In this document: piece after piece, positions 48,417 to 60,500 of the stretch | Layout of the letters: each line of letters begins with the position of its first letter | How positions within the stretch are numbered: position 1 is the stretch's first letter | Source of the DNA: Eledone cirrhosa | Taxonomy: Eukaryota | NCBI GenBank assembly: GCA_964016885.1 | Contig: OZ024744.1 | Span: 118,916,001 to 118,980,000, forward strand | Reading direction: 5' to 3' | DNA length: 64,000 nt | The notes under the pieces: generated by a model | What the model was told of the DNA's origin: nothing | The model's database searches: none | What the model saw: only the letters and a program-made list of their open reading frames with translations | Translations under genes and position numbers: made by a program

Positions 48417-49841
48417 CTAGGAATTTACGGCCGTCACCGTTCCCCTTCCCCATTGAGATGTGCAACGTGCATCTGGGGGCTTAACCCAGACTTCTTTGCA
48501 CACCTGCACGAATGCATTCGCCCTCTCCACTGGCCGTTGTGGAGGCGTGCACGGGTGCCGCCACTCGTATCTGAATACTGCTCTGTGTGGCACCGATTCC
48601 TCAACCTGTCCCACCCGAGGGGACATGTTGTACCAGAACACTGCCTCCATTGGTGAAATGTGGCCCCGCTCCGCTATTGCTTTGTTCGTCCGGTGGTGTC
48701 GCTCCACGATTCCATTTCCGCTCGGCCTGTGCGCCGCTCTGAAGAAACGGTCCACCTTCCATCCATCGAGCATCTCCCTCGGCGCCTCCGAGCGGAACGC
48801 TTCGCTGTTGTCCATCAGCAGTTCGTCCACAGGGCCCCGCTCCAAGAACACCTCTCTCAACGTCCGCGTGATTTCCTCGGCCGTTCCAGTCTTCATCTCC
48901 TTCCATATCGCCATCCGTCCTGGTCCACAGTCGACCATAGAGAGGTACGTTCCCTGCCGGTAGTGTGTTACATCCACCGCCAATCGCTTCCAGTCGCGAT
49001 CCACCGGGAGGCTTTCCGTTTCGTGCACACCCGGGGCGGGATCAATGGACTGACATCGGATGCAGCCTCTAACCACCCTTTGAACACTGTGTCTGTTAAC
49101 GTCCAAGTCAATTCTCCTGGCTAGGAACAGAGTCCTATCCACTCCCATGTGGTGCATGTCATGCAACCCTTTCAGATCCGACTCGGTCAGCTGACACACG
49201 GCAGCTATCTCCACTTCTACCTCCTCCGGCGCTTCCATCCAGGCTTTCTTCACCCTGGTTAAGACGTCCGCCCTATTTTTCTCTGAGGGCACGAAAACTA
49301 CGCTCAGCCTCAGGTCGAACTCGGTGGCCAGCTCTCCTAAAGATCCCAGGCGGCGCTTTATCAGCCTCTCCGCCGCCCCTCTCGTTCGCACTCTCTTCTC
49401 ACTGGTGAGCACTGATCTCACCCATCCGAGTACAGTAGCCGAGTCGGTGCATATCTCGATGGTGCGCAGTCTCCACCTCAGGGCGAGGTTCACCCTTCTC
49501 AACACCGCGTCCAGCTCGGCCACATTGATGTGGTTGCAATCGTCCTTCTTCCTAAGCCAAGCTGCATCCTCGACCTCAACATCTCCTATCTCCAACGTGA
49601 CACCCAGCGCTATGCTGCTGGCATCGCACCATACGGTCCCGCTCTGCGATTTGGGAACATACCAGCGTCCCCGCACTGGGGCTTCGGCCTTCACCCTCCC
49701 CACGATCTCCTGAATCATGGCCACCGTCCTCTCTCCCACTCTGTCACTCCAAGTCACCCCCCCCCCCCCCCCCCCCGCTCGTCTCTTGACATAGCTGCAT
49801 GCCGTCTGGAGCCACCCAGCAACCGGGTAGTGACCCACCAA
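48417..49841 (-). CDS. Pol segment: RNase H and integrase (element-encoded)
   Basis: 474-aa ORF with WCDASS, HINVAELDA, zinc-binding HHCC and DDE core. Confidence 0.85.
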   Translation of the reverse strand: MVGHYPVAGWLQTACSYVKRRAGGGGGGVTWSDRVGERTVAMIQEIVGRVKAEAPVRGRWYVPKSQSGTVWCDASSIALGVTLEIGDVEVEDAAWLRKKDDCNHINVAELDAVLRRVNLALRWRLRTIEICTDSATVLGWVRSVLTSEKRVRTRGAAERLIKRRLGSLGELATEFDLRLSVVFVPSEKNRADVLTRVKKAWMEAPEEVEVEIAAVCQLTESDLKGLHDMHHMGVDRTLFLARRIDLDVNRHSVQRVVRGCIRCQSIDPAPGVHETESLPVDRDWKRLAVDVTHYRQGTYLSMVDCGPGRMAIWKEMKTGTAEEITRTLREVFLERGPVDELLMDNSEAFRSEAPREMLDGWKVDRFFRAAHRPSGNGIVERHHRTNKAIAERGHISPMEAVFWYNMSPRVGQVEESVPHRAVFRYEWRHPCTPPQRPVERANAFVQVCKEVWVKPPDARCTSQWGRGTVTAVNS

Positions 49842-51006
49842 CTTTCAACACACCGAGAAAAGCTCCCACCTACTCATACTTGGGCCCAGTTCTGGAACTT
49901 CATTTCCCCTCTGGAATACTAACACGCCCGTCCTGTCTAGCCTAAGTCCCAGCGCGGCTCCTCCCTCCAACGCTTCTGACGGCTTCGCAGCCAGTCCATA
50001 CCCCTGTAAATGGCTCGTGACCTCTGCCGCCGACACTACAGACTCGTCCACTAGGATGTCGTCAATGTAGGAATTAGTGGCCCTCTTCATCTTGTCGGCC
50101 TTTCCCAGAATGGTCTTGAGGACCGCCGCCATGATCTTCGGTGCAGAGCTCAGTTCGAAACCGAGCCTGGTCAGGCAATATGTCCGGCCCTTATACCTGA
50201 CCAGCTGATACTGCCAGAGCTTCTCATCTATGTGTAATTGTAAGTATGCCGACTTTAGATCGACGATTGCCCGTCATGCGTCTCCACTCACGCAGGGTTT
50301 CCCCACAGACATCCGTGACCTTGCCACCCGTGTAGCATGACACGTGCTCGTTCAGCTCCCGAAAGTCTAGTACCGGTCTCACCTTGTTCTTCGTGGGTTG
50401 TGCCACCGCCATTAACGGCACTACTCCGCACTTCACCTCCTCTTTCCAGGGAAGCAGTATGCCCTCCTCAATCCATCTCTCTACCTCTCGCTCGAACTCG
50501 CTCCTAATGTCTCCCTTCAATGTGCGTTGATAGCAGCCAACTTTGGTCTTCAGTGTTGGTGGTTATCCCTTCCACTACCACTCAACAACCCATCGTTGCC
50601 CATCGAACACGGTCTTGAAATCTTTGTCCTGCACAGTGTAAGCGGGGTATTTCTCCTCGTGGGCCTTCTGGTTCTCCTGTCGCGTACTCACAGCGCATAC
50701 CGATGCGGCGCCGCCAAACGACACACCGACGTTGTTCACTGTGACGCCTCCTAGACGGCCAATTGCGTCCATGCCCATAAATACGCCAATCCCATCCACC
50801 AGGTTGTCGACTACGGTGGCAGAAAGCCATCTCCACCTCGCTGCGACCTCGGCATTCAATTTTCCTACCGTCGACTGCCCTTACGCTGCTCTTCCCTCTC
50901 TACCTCTGCGCCACCCCCGCAGTCACCAGTGTCGTCGTACAGCCCGTGTCTACGAGGGGTCGCTGTGGCTTTCCCCTCACGAAAACTTTCACCACGGGCA
51001 GCGCCT

Positions 51007-51768
51007 CTACTCGTAAGGGGCAACTACCGGCGCAGTAGTTCCCCTTGGATCGTTTCCCTCGTCGCAGCTAGTAGCGATGTAGCCTTGTCGCTTACACCGG
51101 TAGCATATTTTTTCCGGCCTTGACTCTCTACAGTCTCTCGCCATGTGCGGGCCCTGGCACCTAAAACAGCGACCTCTAAACGTTCGCGGGCGACCGCGTG
51201 CCGTGGTTGCCTCCCTTTCACCATTTCGCTGCCAGCTGCCTTGGGCCTCTGTAATTGCTATCGCCGCGACGCTCTTCTTGGCATCTTCTGCTATGATGCG
51301 GGCTTGCTCTACCAGTGTACGCACCTCCATTTCTTTGTAACCCGGCACTTGCTGCAGTTTCACCGCTATGTCGTCTGGAAATCCATTTATGAACGCCAAC
51401 CGCACCGTGCGTTCGCATTCCACCTGATATCCAGCCAACGTGGCCAATCGGCGTATTTCCGCTGCGAAAATGTCAACGCGTTCACCGTTCCATCTAATCC
51501 TTGCCAGCTTAGCAAAAGCGGCTAACGGTCCTTCCGCGAACGCTTCCATCATGCGCCTCTCAATCTTTTGCGCATCCCTTTGGCTGTGTTCATCCATCTC
51601 TAGGAAGAGTGCCAACGCATCCCCCTCGAGGTACAGTGCCATGAGGCCAGCCACATCTATCTTCTGTAAGCTTGCGACTAGCCGGACTTTTCGCAGCCAA
51701 GCGACAACATCGCCTACACCGGTAAATGCCCTAATCGCTTCTCCGCTCATTCGTAATCTCGTCGCCAT
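51007..51768 (-). CDS. Gag-like protein (element-encoded)
   Basis: 253-aa ORF with CFRCQGPHMARDC and a degenerate CYRCKRQGYIATSC knuckle. Confidence 0.85.
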   Translation of the reverse strand: MATRLRMSGEAIRAFTGVGDVVAWLRKVRLVASLQKIDVAGLMALYLEGDALALFLEMDEHSQRDAQKIERRMMEAFAEGPLAAFAKLARIRWNGERVDIFAAEIRRLATLAGYQVECERTVRLAFINGFPDDIAVKLQQVPGYKEMEVRTLVEQARIIAEDAKKSVAAIAITEAQGSWQRNGEREATTARGRPRTFRGRCFRCQGPHMARDCRESRPEKICYRCKRQGYIATSCDEGNDPRGTTAPVVAPYE

Positions 51769-51780
51769 ATAATAATTTTG

Positions 51781-51938
51781 TCTTGCGGTAAGTAATAAAA
51801 AACAACAGACACCTCTCTAATTTCCCAATAGCTTTGTTTTCGATAAAGTTCTTTTTTTTTTTTTTTTGATCAATCAGATCACTCTTCCGGGCGAGCACTC
51901 CACAGCCACTAGCCACCCCACACCACACCATACCAACA
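51781..51938 (-). repeat. 5' LTR-like repeat (~158 bp), diverged from the 3' LTR
   Basis: Starts TGTTGGTATGGTG on minus; blocks of homology to 47949-48214; PBS-like motif ~13 nt downstream. Confidence 0.65.
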
Positions 51939-54549
51939 GGTGTCATGTCAAAAAGTATCAAGTACATACTGTAAAGTGGTCATGTAGGTGTCATGACGAA
52001 AGTTACCCAGTACACCCTGTAAATTTTTCATGTAAGCGTCACAACGCAAAGTACCCAGTACACACTATAAAGTGGTCTAGTAGGTGTCACAACAAAAAGT
52101 ACCCTGCACACATTGTAAAGTGGTCGTGTAGGTGTCACAACGAAAATTAGCCAGTAGACACTGTAAAGTGCTCATGTAGTTGTCACAACAAAAAGTAGCC
52201 AATACATACTGTAAAGTGGTAATGTAGGTGTCACAAAGCAATTTACCTAGTACACACTGTAAAGTGATCATGTATGTATTATGACAAAAAGTACTCAGTA
52301 CACACTGTAAAGTGATTATGTAGGTGTCATGACAAAAAGTACCCTGTCCGAACTGTAAACTGTTCTTTCATGTAGGTCTCATAACAAAAATTACCCAGTC
52401 CACACTGTAAAGTGGTCATGTAGGTGTCATGTCAAAAAGTACCCAGTACACACTGTAAAGTTGTCATGTAGGAGTCATTACAAAAAGTACCCAGTACACA
52501 CTGCAACGTGGTCATGTAGGTGTCACAACAAAAAGTACCCAATACACAGTGTAAAGTGTTCATGTAGGTGCCTCATGAAACAGTACCCAGTGCACACTGT
52601 CCACAGGACATATAGGTGTAATGACAAAAAGTACCCACTACACACTGTAGTGTGGTCATGTAGGTGTCAAAACAGTGAGTACCCAGTAGACACTCTAAAA
52701 TGGTCATATAATTGTCACTATAAAAAGTACCCAGTACACACTGTAAAGTGGTCATGTAGGTGTCAGAACAAAAAATACACAGTCCACACTGTAGAATGGT
52801 CATGTAGGTGTCACACAAAAAAATACCCAGTAGACACTGTAAAGAGGTCATGTAGGTGTCATGTAAAAAAGTAACCAGTACATACTGTAAAGTCGTCAAG
52901 TAGGTGGCACAATAAAAGGTAACCAGTACGCACTGGAAAGTATTCATGTAGGTGCCTCATGAAAAAGTACCCAGTGCACACTGTATACTGGTCATGTAGG
53001 TGTCATGACAAAAAGTACCCAGTTTACACTGTAAAGTGGTCATGTAGGTGTAAAAAAAAATGTACCCAGTACATACTGTAATGTGGTCGGTAGGGTGACA
53101 CAACAAAAGATACCCAGTACACACTGTAAAGTGCTCATGTAGGTGCCTCATGAAAAAGTACCCAGTACACACTGTAAAGTGGCCATGTAGGTGTCACAAC
53201 TAAAATTACACAGTCCCCACTGTAAGGTAGTCGTTTAAATGCCTAAAACAAATTACACATTACACACTGTAGAGTGGTCTTGTAGGTGTCATGACAAACA
53301 GGACCCAGTACACACTATAAAATGGTCATGTAGGTGTCACAACAGAGAGTACCCAGTACGCACTCTAAAATGTTCATATATGTTTCACTACCAAAAGTAC
53401 CCAGTACACACAGTAAAGTAGTCATATATGTGTAATGACAAAAAGTACCCAGTACACATGATAAAGTGGTCATGTACGTGTCACAACAAAAAGTACCCAG
53501 TACACTCTGTAAAGTGGTCATGTAGGTATCACAATAATTCGTACCCAGTACACACTGTAAAGTGGTCATGTAGGTGTCACATCAAAAGGTACCCAGTACA
53601 CACTGTAAAGTGGTCAAGTAGGAGTCATGACAAAAAGTACCCAGTACACACTGTAAAGTGGTCATGTAGGTGTCACAACAAAAGGTACCCAGTACACACT
53701 GTAAAGTGGTCATGTAGGTGTCACAACAAAAAGTACCCAGTACACACTGTAAAATGGTCATGTAGGTGTCATGAGAAAAAGTACCCAGTACACACTGTAA
53801 AATGGTCATGTAGGTGTCATGACAAAAGGTACCCAGTACACACTGTAAAATTTTCATGTAGGTGTCACAACAAAAAGTACAGAGTACACACTGTAAAGTG
53901 TTCATGTAGGTGTCACTACAAAAGGTACCCAGTACACACTGTAAAATGGTCATGTAGGTGGCATCACAAAAAGCACCCAGTACACAGTGTAAAGTGGTCA
54001 TGTAGCTGTCACAACAAAAGGTACCCAGTACAGACTGTAAAGTGGTCATGTAGGTGTCACAACAAGAAGTACCCAGCACACGCTGTAAAGTGGTCATGTA
54101 GGTGTCACAACAAAAAGTACCCAGTCCACACTGTAAAGTGGTCATGTAGGTGTCACAACTAAAATTACAGTTCTGTAAAGTAGTCGTTTAAATGCCTAAA
54201 AAAAAATTACACAGTACACGCTGTAGAATCGTCTTGTAGGTGTCACAACGAAAAGTACCCAGTCCACACTGTAAAGTGGTCATGTAGTTGTCATGAAAAA
54301 AAGTACACAGTGCACACTGTAAAGTGGTCATGTAGGTGTCACAACAAAAAGTACCGAGTACACACTGTAAAGTGGTCATGTAGGTGACAACAAAAAGTAC
54401 CCATTACACACTGTAGAGTGGTCATGTAGGTGTCACAACAAAAAGTACCCAGTCCACACTGTAAAGTGGTCATGTAGGTGTCATGAAAAAAAGTACACAG
54501 TGCACAATGTAAAGTGGTCATGTAGGTGTCACAACAAGAAGTACCGAGT
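51939..54549 (+). repeat. 48-bp satellite, right block, ~54 copies
   Basis: Same unit, resuming in register after the LTR element. Confidence 0.96.
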
Positions 54550-57500
54550 ACTAACATTATTACTGTAACAACTGACTTGGTGTTACTAACATTATTACTG
54601 GAACAACTGACTAATGTTACTAACATTATTACTGTAACAACTGACTTGGTGTTACTAACATTATTACTGTAACAACTGACTAATGTTACTACCATTATTA
54701 CTGTAACAACTGACTTGGTGTTACTAACATTATTACTGTAACAACTGACTAATGTTACTAACATTATTACTGTAACAACTCACTTGGTGTGACTTACATT
54801 ATTTCTGTAACAACTGAGTAATGTTACTAACATTATTACTGTAACAACTGACTTGGTGTTACTAACATTATTACTGTAACAACTGACTTGGTGTTACTAA
54901 CATTATTACTGTAACAACTGACTAATGTTACTAACATTATTACTGTAACAACTGACTTGGTGTTACTAACATTATTACTGTAACAACTGACTTGGTGTTA
55001 CTAACATTATTACTGTAACAACTGACTAATGTTACTAACATTATTACTGTAACAACTGACTTGGAGTTACTAACATTATTACTGTAACAACTGACTTGGT
55101 GTTACTAACATTATTACTGTAACAACTGCCTATTGTTACTAACATTATTACTGTAACAACTGACTAATGTTACTAACATTATTACTGTAACAACTGACTT
55201 GGTGTTACTAACATTATTACTGGAACAACTGACTAATGTTACTAACATTATTACTGTAACAACTGACTTGGTGTTACTAACATTATTACTGTAACAACTG
55301 ACTTGGTGTTACTAACATTAATACTGTAACAACTGACTTGGTGTTACTAACATTATTACTGTAACAACTGACTAATGTTACTAACATTATTACTGTAACA
55401 ACTGACTACTGTTACTAACATTATTACTGTAACAACTCACTTGGTGTTACTTACATTATTACTGTAACAACTGACTAATGTTACTAACATTATTACTGTA
55501 ACAACTGACTTGGTGTTACTAACATTATTACTGTAACAACTGACTAATGTTACTAACATTATTACTGTAACAACTGACTTGGTGTTACTAACATTATTAC
55601 TGTAACAACTGACTTGGTGTTACTAACATTATTACTGTAACAACTGACTTGGTGTTACTAACATTATTACTGTAACAACTGACTTGGTGTTACTAACATT
55701 ATTACTGTAACAACTGACTAATGTTACTAACATTATTACTGTAACAACTGACTTGGTGTTACTAACATTATTACTGTAACACCTGACTTGGTGTTACTAA
55801 CATTATTACTGTAACAACTGACTTTGTGTTACTAACATTATTACTGTAACAACTGACTAATGTTACAAACATTATTACTGTAACAACTGACTTGGTGTTA
55901 CAAACATTATTACTGTAACAACTGACTAATGTTAGTAACATTATTACTGTAACAACTGACTTGGTGTTACTAACATTATTACTGTAACAACTGACTTGGT
56001 GTTACTAACATTATTACTGTAACAACTGACTAATGTTACTAACATTATTACTGTAACAACTGACTAATGTTACTAACATTATTACTGTAACAACTCACTT
56101 GGTGTTACTTACATTATTTCTGTAACAACTGAGTAATGTTACTAACATTATTACTGTAACAACTAACTTGGTGTTACTAACATTATTACTGTAACAACTG
56201 ACTAATGTTACTAACATTATTACTGTAACAACTGACTTGGTGTTACTAACATTATTACTGTAACAACTGACTTGGTGTTACTAACATTATTACTGTAACA
56301 ACTGACTTGGTGTTACTAACATTATTACTGTAACAACTGACTTGGTGTTACTAACATTATTACTGTAACAACTGACTTGGTGTTACTAACATTATTACTG
56401 TAACAACTGACTAATGTTACTAACATTATTACTGTAACAACTGACTTGGTGTTACTAACATTATTACTGGAACAACTGACTAATGTTACTAACATTATTA
56501 CTGTAACAACTGACTTGGTGTTACTAACATTATTACTGTAACAACTGACTTGGTGTTACTAACATTATTACTGTAACAACTGACTTGGTGTTACTAACAT
56601 TAATACTGTAACAACTGACTTGGTGTTACTAACATTATTACTGTAACAACTGACTAATGTTACTAACATTATTACTGTAACAACTGACTACTGTTACTAA
56701 CATTATTACTGTAACAACTCACTTGGTGTTACTTACATTATTACTGTAACAACTGACTAATGTTACTAACATTATTACTGTAACAACTGACTTGGTGTTA
56801 CTAACATTATTACTGTAACAACTGACTAATGTTACTAACATTATTACTGTAACAACTGACTTGGTGTTACTAACATTATTACTGTAACAACTGACTAATG
56901 TTACTAACATTATTACTGTAACAACTGACTTGGTATTACTAACATTATTACTGTAACAACTGACTTGGTGTTACTAACGTTATTACTGTAACAACTGACT
57001 AATGTTACTAACATTATTACTGTAACAACTGACTAATGTTACTAACATTATTACTGTAACAACTGACTTGGTGTTACTAACATTATTACTGTAACAACTG
57101 ACTAATATTACTAACATTATTACTGTAACAACTGACTAATGTTACTAACATTATTACTGTAACAACTCACTTGGTGTTACACTATTACTGTAACAACTGA
57201 CTAATGTTACTAACATTACTACTGTAACAACTGACTTGGTGTTACTAACATTATTACTGTAACAACTGACTAATGTTACTAACATTATTACTGAAACAAC
57301 TGACTAATGTTACTAACATTATTACTGTAACAACTCACTTGGTGTTACATTATTACTGTAACTACTAACTAATGTTACTAACATTATTACTGTAACAACT
57401 GACTTGGTGTTACTAACAATATTACTGTAACAACTGACTTGGTGTTACTAACATTATTACTGTAACAACTGACTTGGTGTTACTAACATTATTACTGTAA

Positions 57501-60500
57501 CAACTGACTTGGTGTTACTAACATTATTACTGTAACAACTGACTTGGTGTTACTAACATTATTACTGTAACACCTGACTTGGTGTTACTAACATTATTAC
57601 TGTAACAACAGACTTGGTGTTACTAACATTATTACTGTAACAACTGACTAATGTTACTAACATTATTACTGTAACAACTGACTTGGTGTTACTAACATTA
57701 TTACTGTAACAACTGACTTGGTGTTACTAACATTATTACTGTAACAACTGACTAATGTTAATAACATTATTACTGTAACAACTGACTAAGGTGACTAACA
57801 TTATTACTGTAACAACTGACTTGGTCTTACTAACATTATTACTGTAACAACTGACTAATGTTACTAACATTATTACTGTAACAACTGACTAATGTTACTA
57901 ACATTATTACTGTAACAAATGACTAATATTACTAACATTATTACTGTAACAACTGACTTGGTGTTACTAATATTATTACTGTAACAACTGACTTGGTGTT
58001 ACTAACATTGTTACTGTAACAACTGACTTGGTGTTACTAACATTATTACTGTAACAACTGACTTGGGGTTACTAACATTATTACTGTAACACCTGACTTG
58101 GAGTTACTAACATTATTACTGTAACAACTGACTTGGTGTTACTAACATTATTACTGTAACAACTGACTAATGTTACTAACATTATTACTGTAACAACTGA
58201 CTTGGTGTTACTAACATTATTACTGGAACAACTGACTAATGTTACTAACATTATTACTGTAACAACTGACTTGCTGTTACTAACATTATTACTGTAACAA
58301 CTGACTTGGTGTTACTAACATTATTACTGTAACAACTGACTAATGTTACTAACATTATTACTGTAACAACTGACTTGGTGTTACTAACATTATTACTGTA
58401 ACAACTGACTTGGTGTTACTAACATTATTACTGTAACAACTGACTAATGTTACTAACATTATTACTGTAGCAACTGACTTGGTGTTACTAACATTATTAC
58501 TGTAACAACTGACTTGGTGTTACTAACATTATTACTGTAACAACTGACTTGGTGTTACTAACATTATTACTGTAACAACTGACTAATGTTACTAACATTA
58601 TTACTGTAACAACTGACTAATGTTACTAACATTATTACTGAAACAACTGACTTGGTGTTACTAACATTATTACTGTAACAACTGACTAATGTTACTAACA
58701 TTTTTACTGTAACAACTGACTTGGTGTTACTAACATTATTACTGTAACAACTGACTTGGTGTTACTAACATTATTACTGTAACAACTGACTAATGTTACT
58801 AACATTATTACTGTAACAACTGACTTGGTGTTACTAACATTATTACTGTAACAACTGACTTGGTGTTACTAACATTATTACTGTAACAACTGACTTGGTG
58901 TTACTAACATTATTACTGTAACAACTGACTTGGTGTTACTAACATTATTACTGTAACAACTGACTAATGTTACTAACATTATTACTGTAACACCTGACTT
59001 GGTGTTACTAACATTATTACTGTAACAACTGACTTGCTGTTACTAACATTATTACTGTAACAACTGACTTGGTGTTACTAACATTATTACTGTAACAACT
59101 GACTAATGTTACTAACATTATTACTGTAACAATTGACTAATGTTACTAACATTATTACTGTAACAACTGACTTGCTGTTACTAACATTATTACTGTAACA
59201 ACTGACTTGCTGTTACTAACATTATTACTGTAACAACTGACTTGGTGTTACTAACATTATTACTGTAACAACTGACTTGCTGATACTAACATTATTACTG
59301 TAACAATTGACTTGGTGTTACTAACATTATTACTGTAACAACTGACTAACGTTACTAACATTATTACTGTAACAACTGACTAATGGTACTAACATTATTA
59401 CTGTAACAACTGACTAATGTTACTAACATTATTACTGTAACAACTGACTTGGTGTTACTAACATTATTACTGTAACAACTGACTAATGTTACTAACATTA
59501 TTACTGTAACAACTGACTAATGCTACTAACATTATTACTGTAACAACTGACTTGGTGTTACTAACATTATTACTGTAACAACTGACAAATGTTACTAACA
59601 TTATTACTGTAACAACTGAGTTGGTGTTACTAACATTATTACTGTAACAACTAACTAATGTTACTAACATTATTACTGTAACAACTGACTAATGTTACTA
59701 ACATTATTACTGTAACAACTGACTTGGTGTTACTAACATTATTACTGTAACAACTGACTAATGTTACTAACATTATTACTGTAACAACCGACTAATGTTA
59801 CTAACATTATTACTGTAACAACTGACTAATGTTACTAACATTATTACTGTAACAACTGACTTGGTGTTACTAACATTAATACTGTAACAACTGACTTGGT
59901 GTTACTAACATTATTACTGTAACAACTGACTTGGTGTTACTAACATTATTACTGTAACAACTGACTAATGTTACTAACATTATTACTGTAACAACTGACT
60001 AATGTTACTAACATTATTACTGTAACAACTGACTAATGTTACTAACATTATTACTGTAACAACTGACTAATGTTACTAACATTATTACTGTAACAACTGA
60101 CTTGGTGTTACTAACATTATTACTGTAACAACTGACTAATGTTACTAACATTATTACTGTAACAACTGACTTGGTGTTACTAACATTATTACTGTAACAA
60201 CTGACTAATGTTACTAACATTATTACTGTAACAACTGACTTGGTGTTACTAACATTATTACTGTAACAACTGACTAACGTTACTAACATTATTACTGTAA
60301 CAACTGACTTGGTGTTACTAACATTATTACTGTAACAACTGACTTGGTGTTACTAACATTATTACTGTAACAACTGACTAATGTTACTAACATTATTACT
60401 GTAGCAACTGACTTGGTGTTACTAACATTATTACTGTAACAACTGACTTGGTGTTACTAACATTATTACTGTAACAACTGACTTGGTGTTACTAACATTA

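Larger units (their letters stand above)
47949..51938 (-). mobile_element. Gypsy/Ty3-type LTR retrotransposon (gag-PR-RT-RH-IN) with a few stops/frameshifts, inserted in the 48-bp satellite
   Basis: Gag with two zinc knuckles, protease LVDTGC (~50940-50955), RT RPVLDFR...YIDD, RNase H WCDASS, integrase H-H-C-C, DVTH...MDN...GIVER; TG...CA ends; PBS-like TGGCGACGAG; polypurine tract before the 3' LTR. Confidence 0.93.

Noticed and set aside
47965-51793. 9-bp inverted match acttaccgc / gcggtaagt near the two ends of the LTR element as a terminal inverted repeat
   Set aside because: Too short and not terminal; the direct LTR-type homology explains the ends better.
43579-54764. Cys-rich repeat proteins (MTTLQCVLGTFCCDTY; KYPVHTVKWSCRCH)
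   Set aside because: Products of a 48-bp (multiple of 3) satellite derived from a non-coding UTR, with frequent frame-breaking indels.
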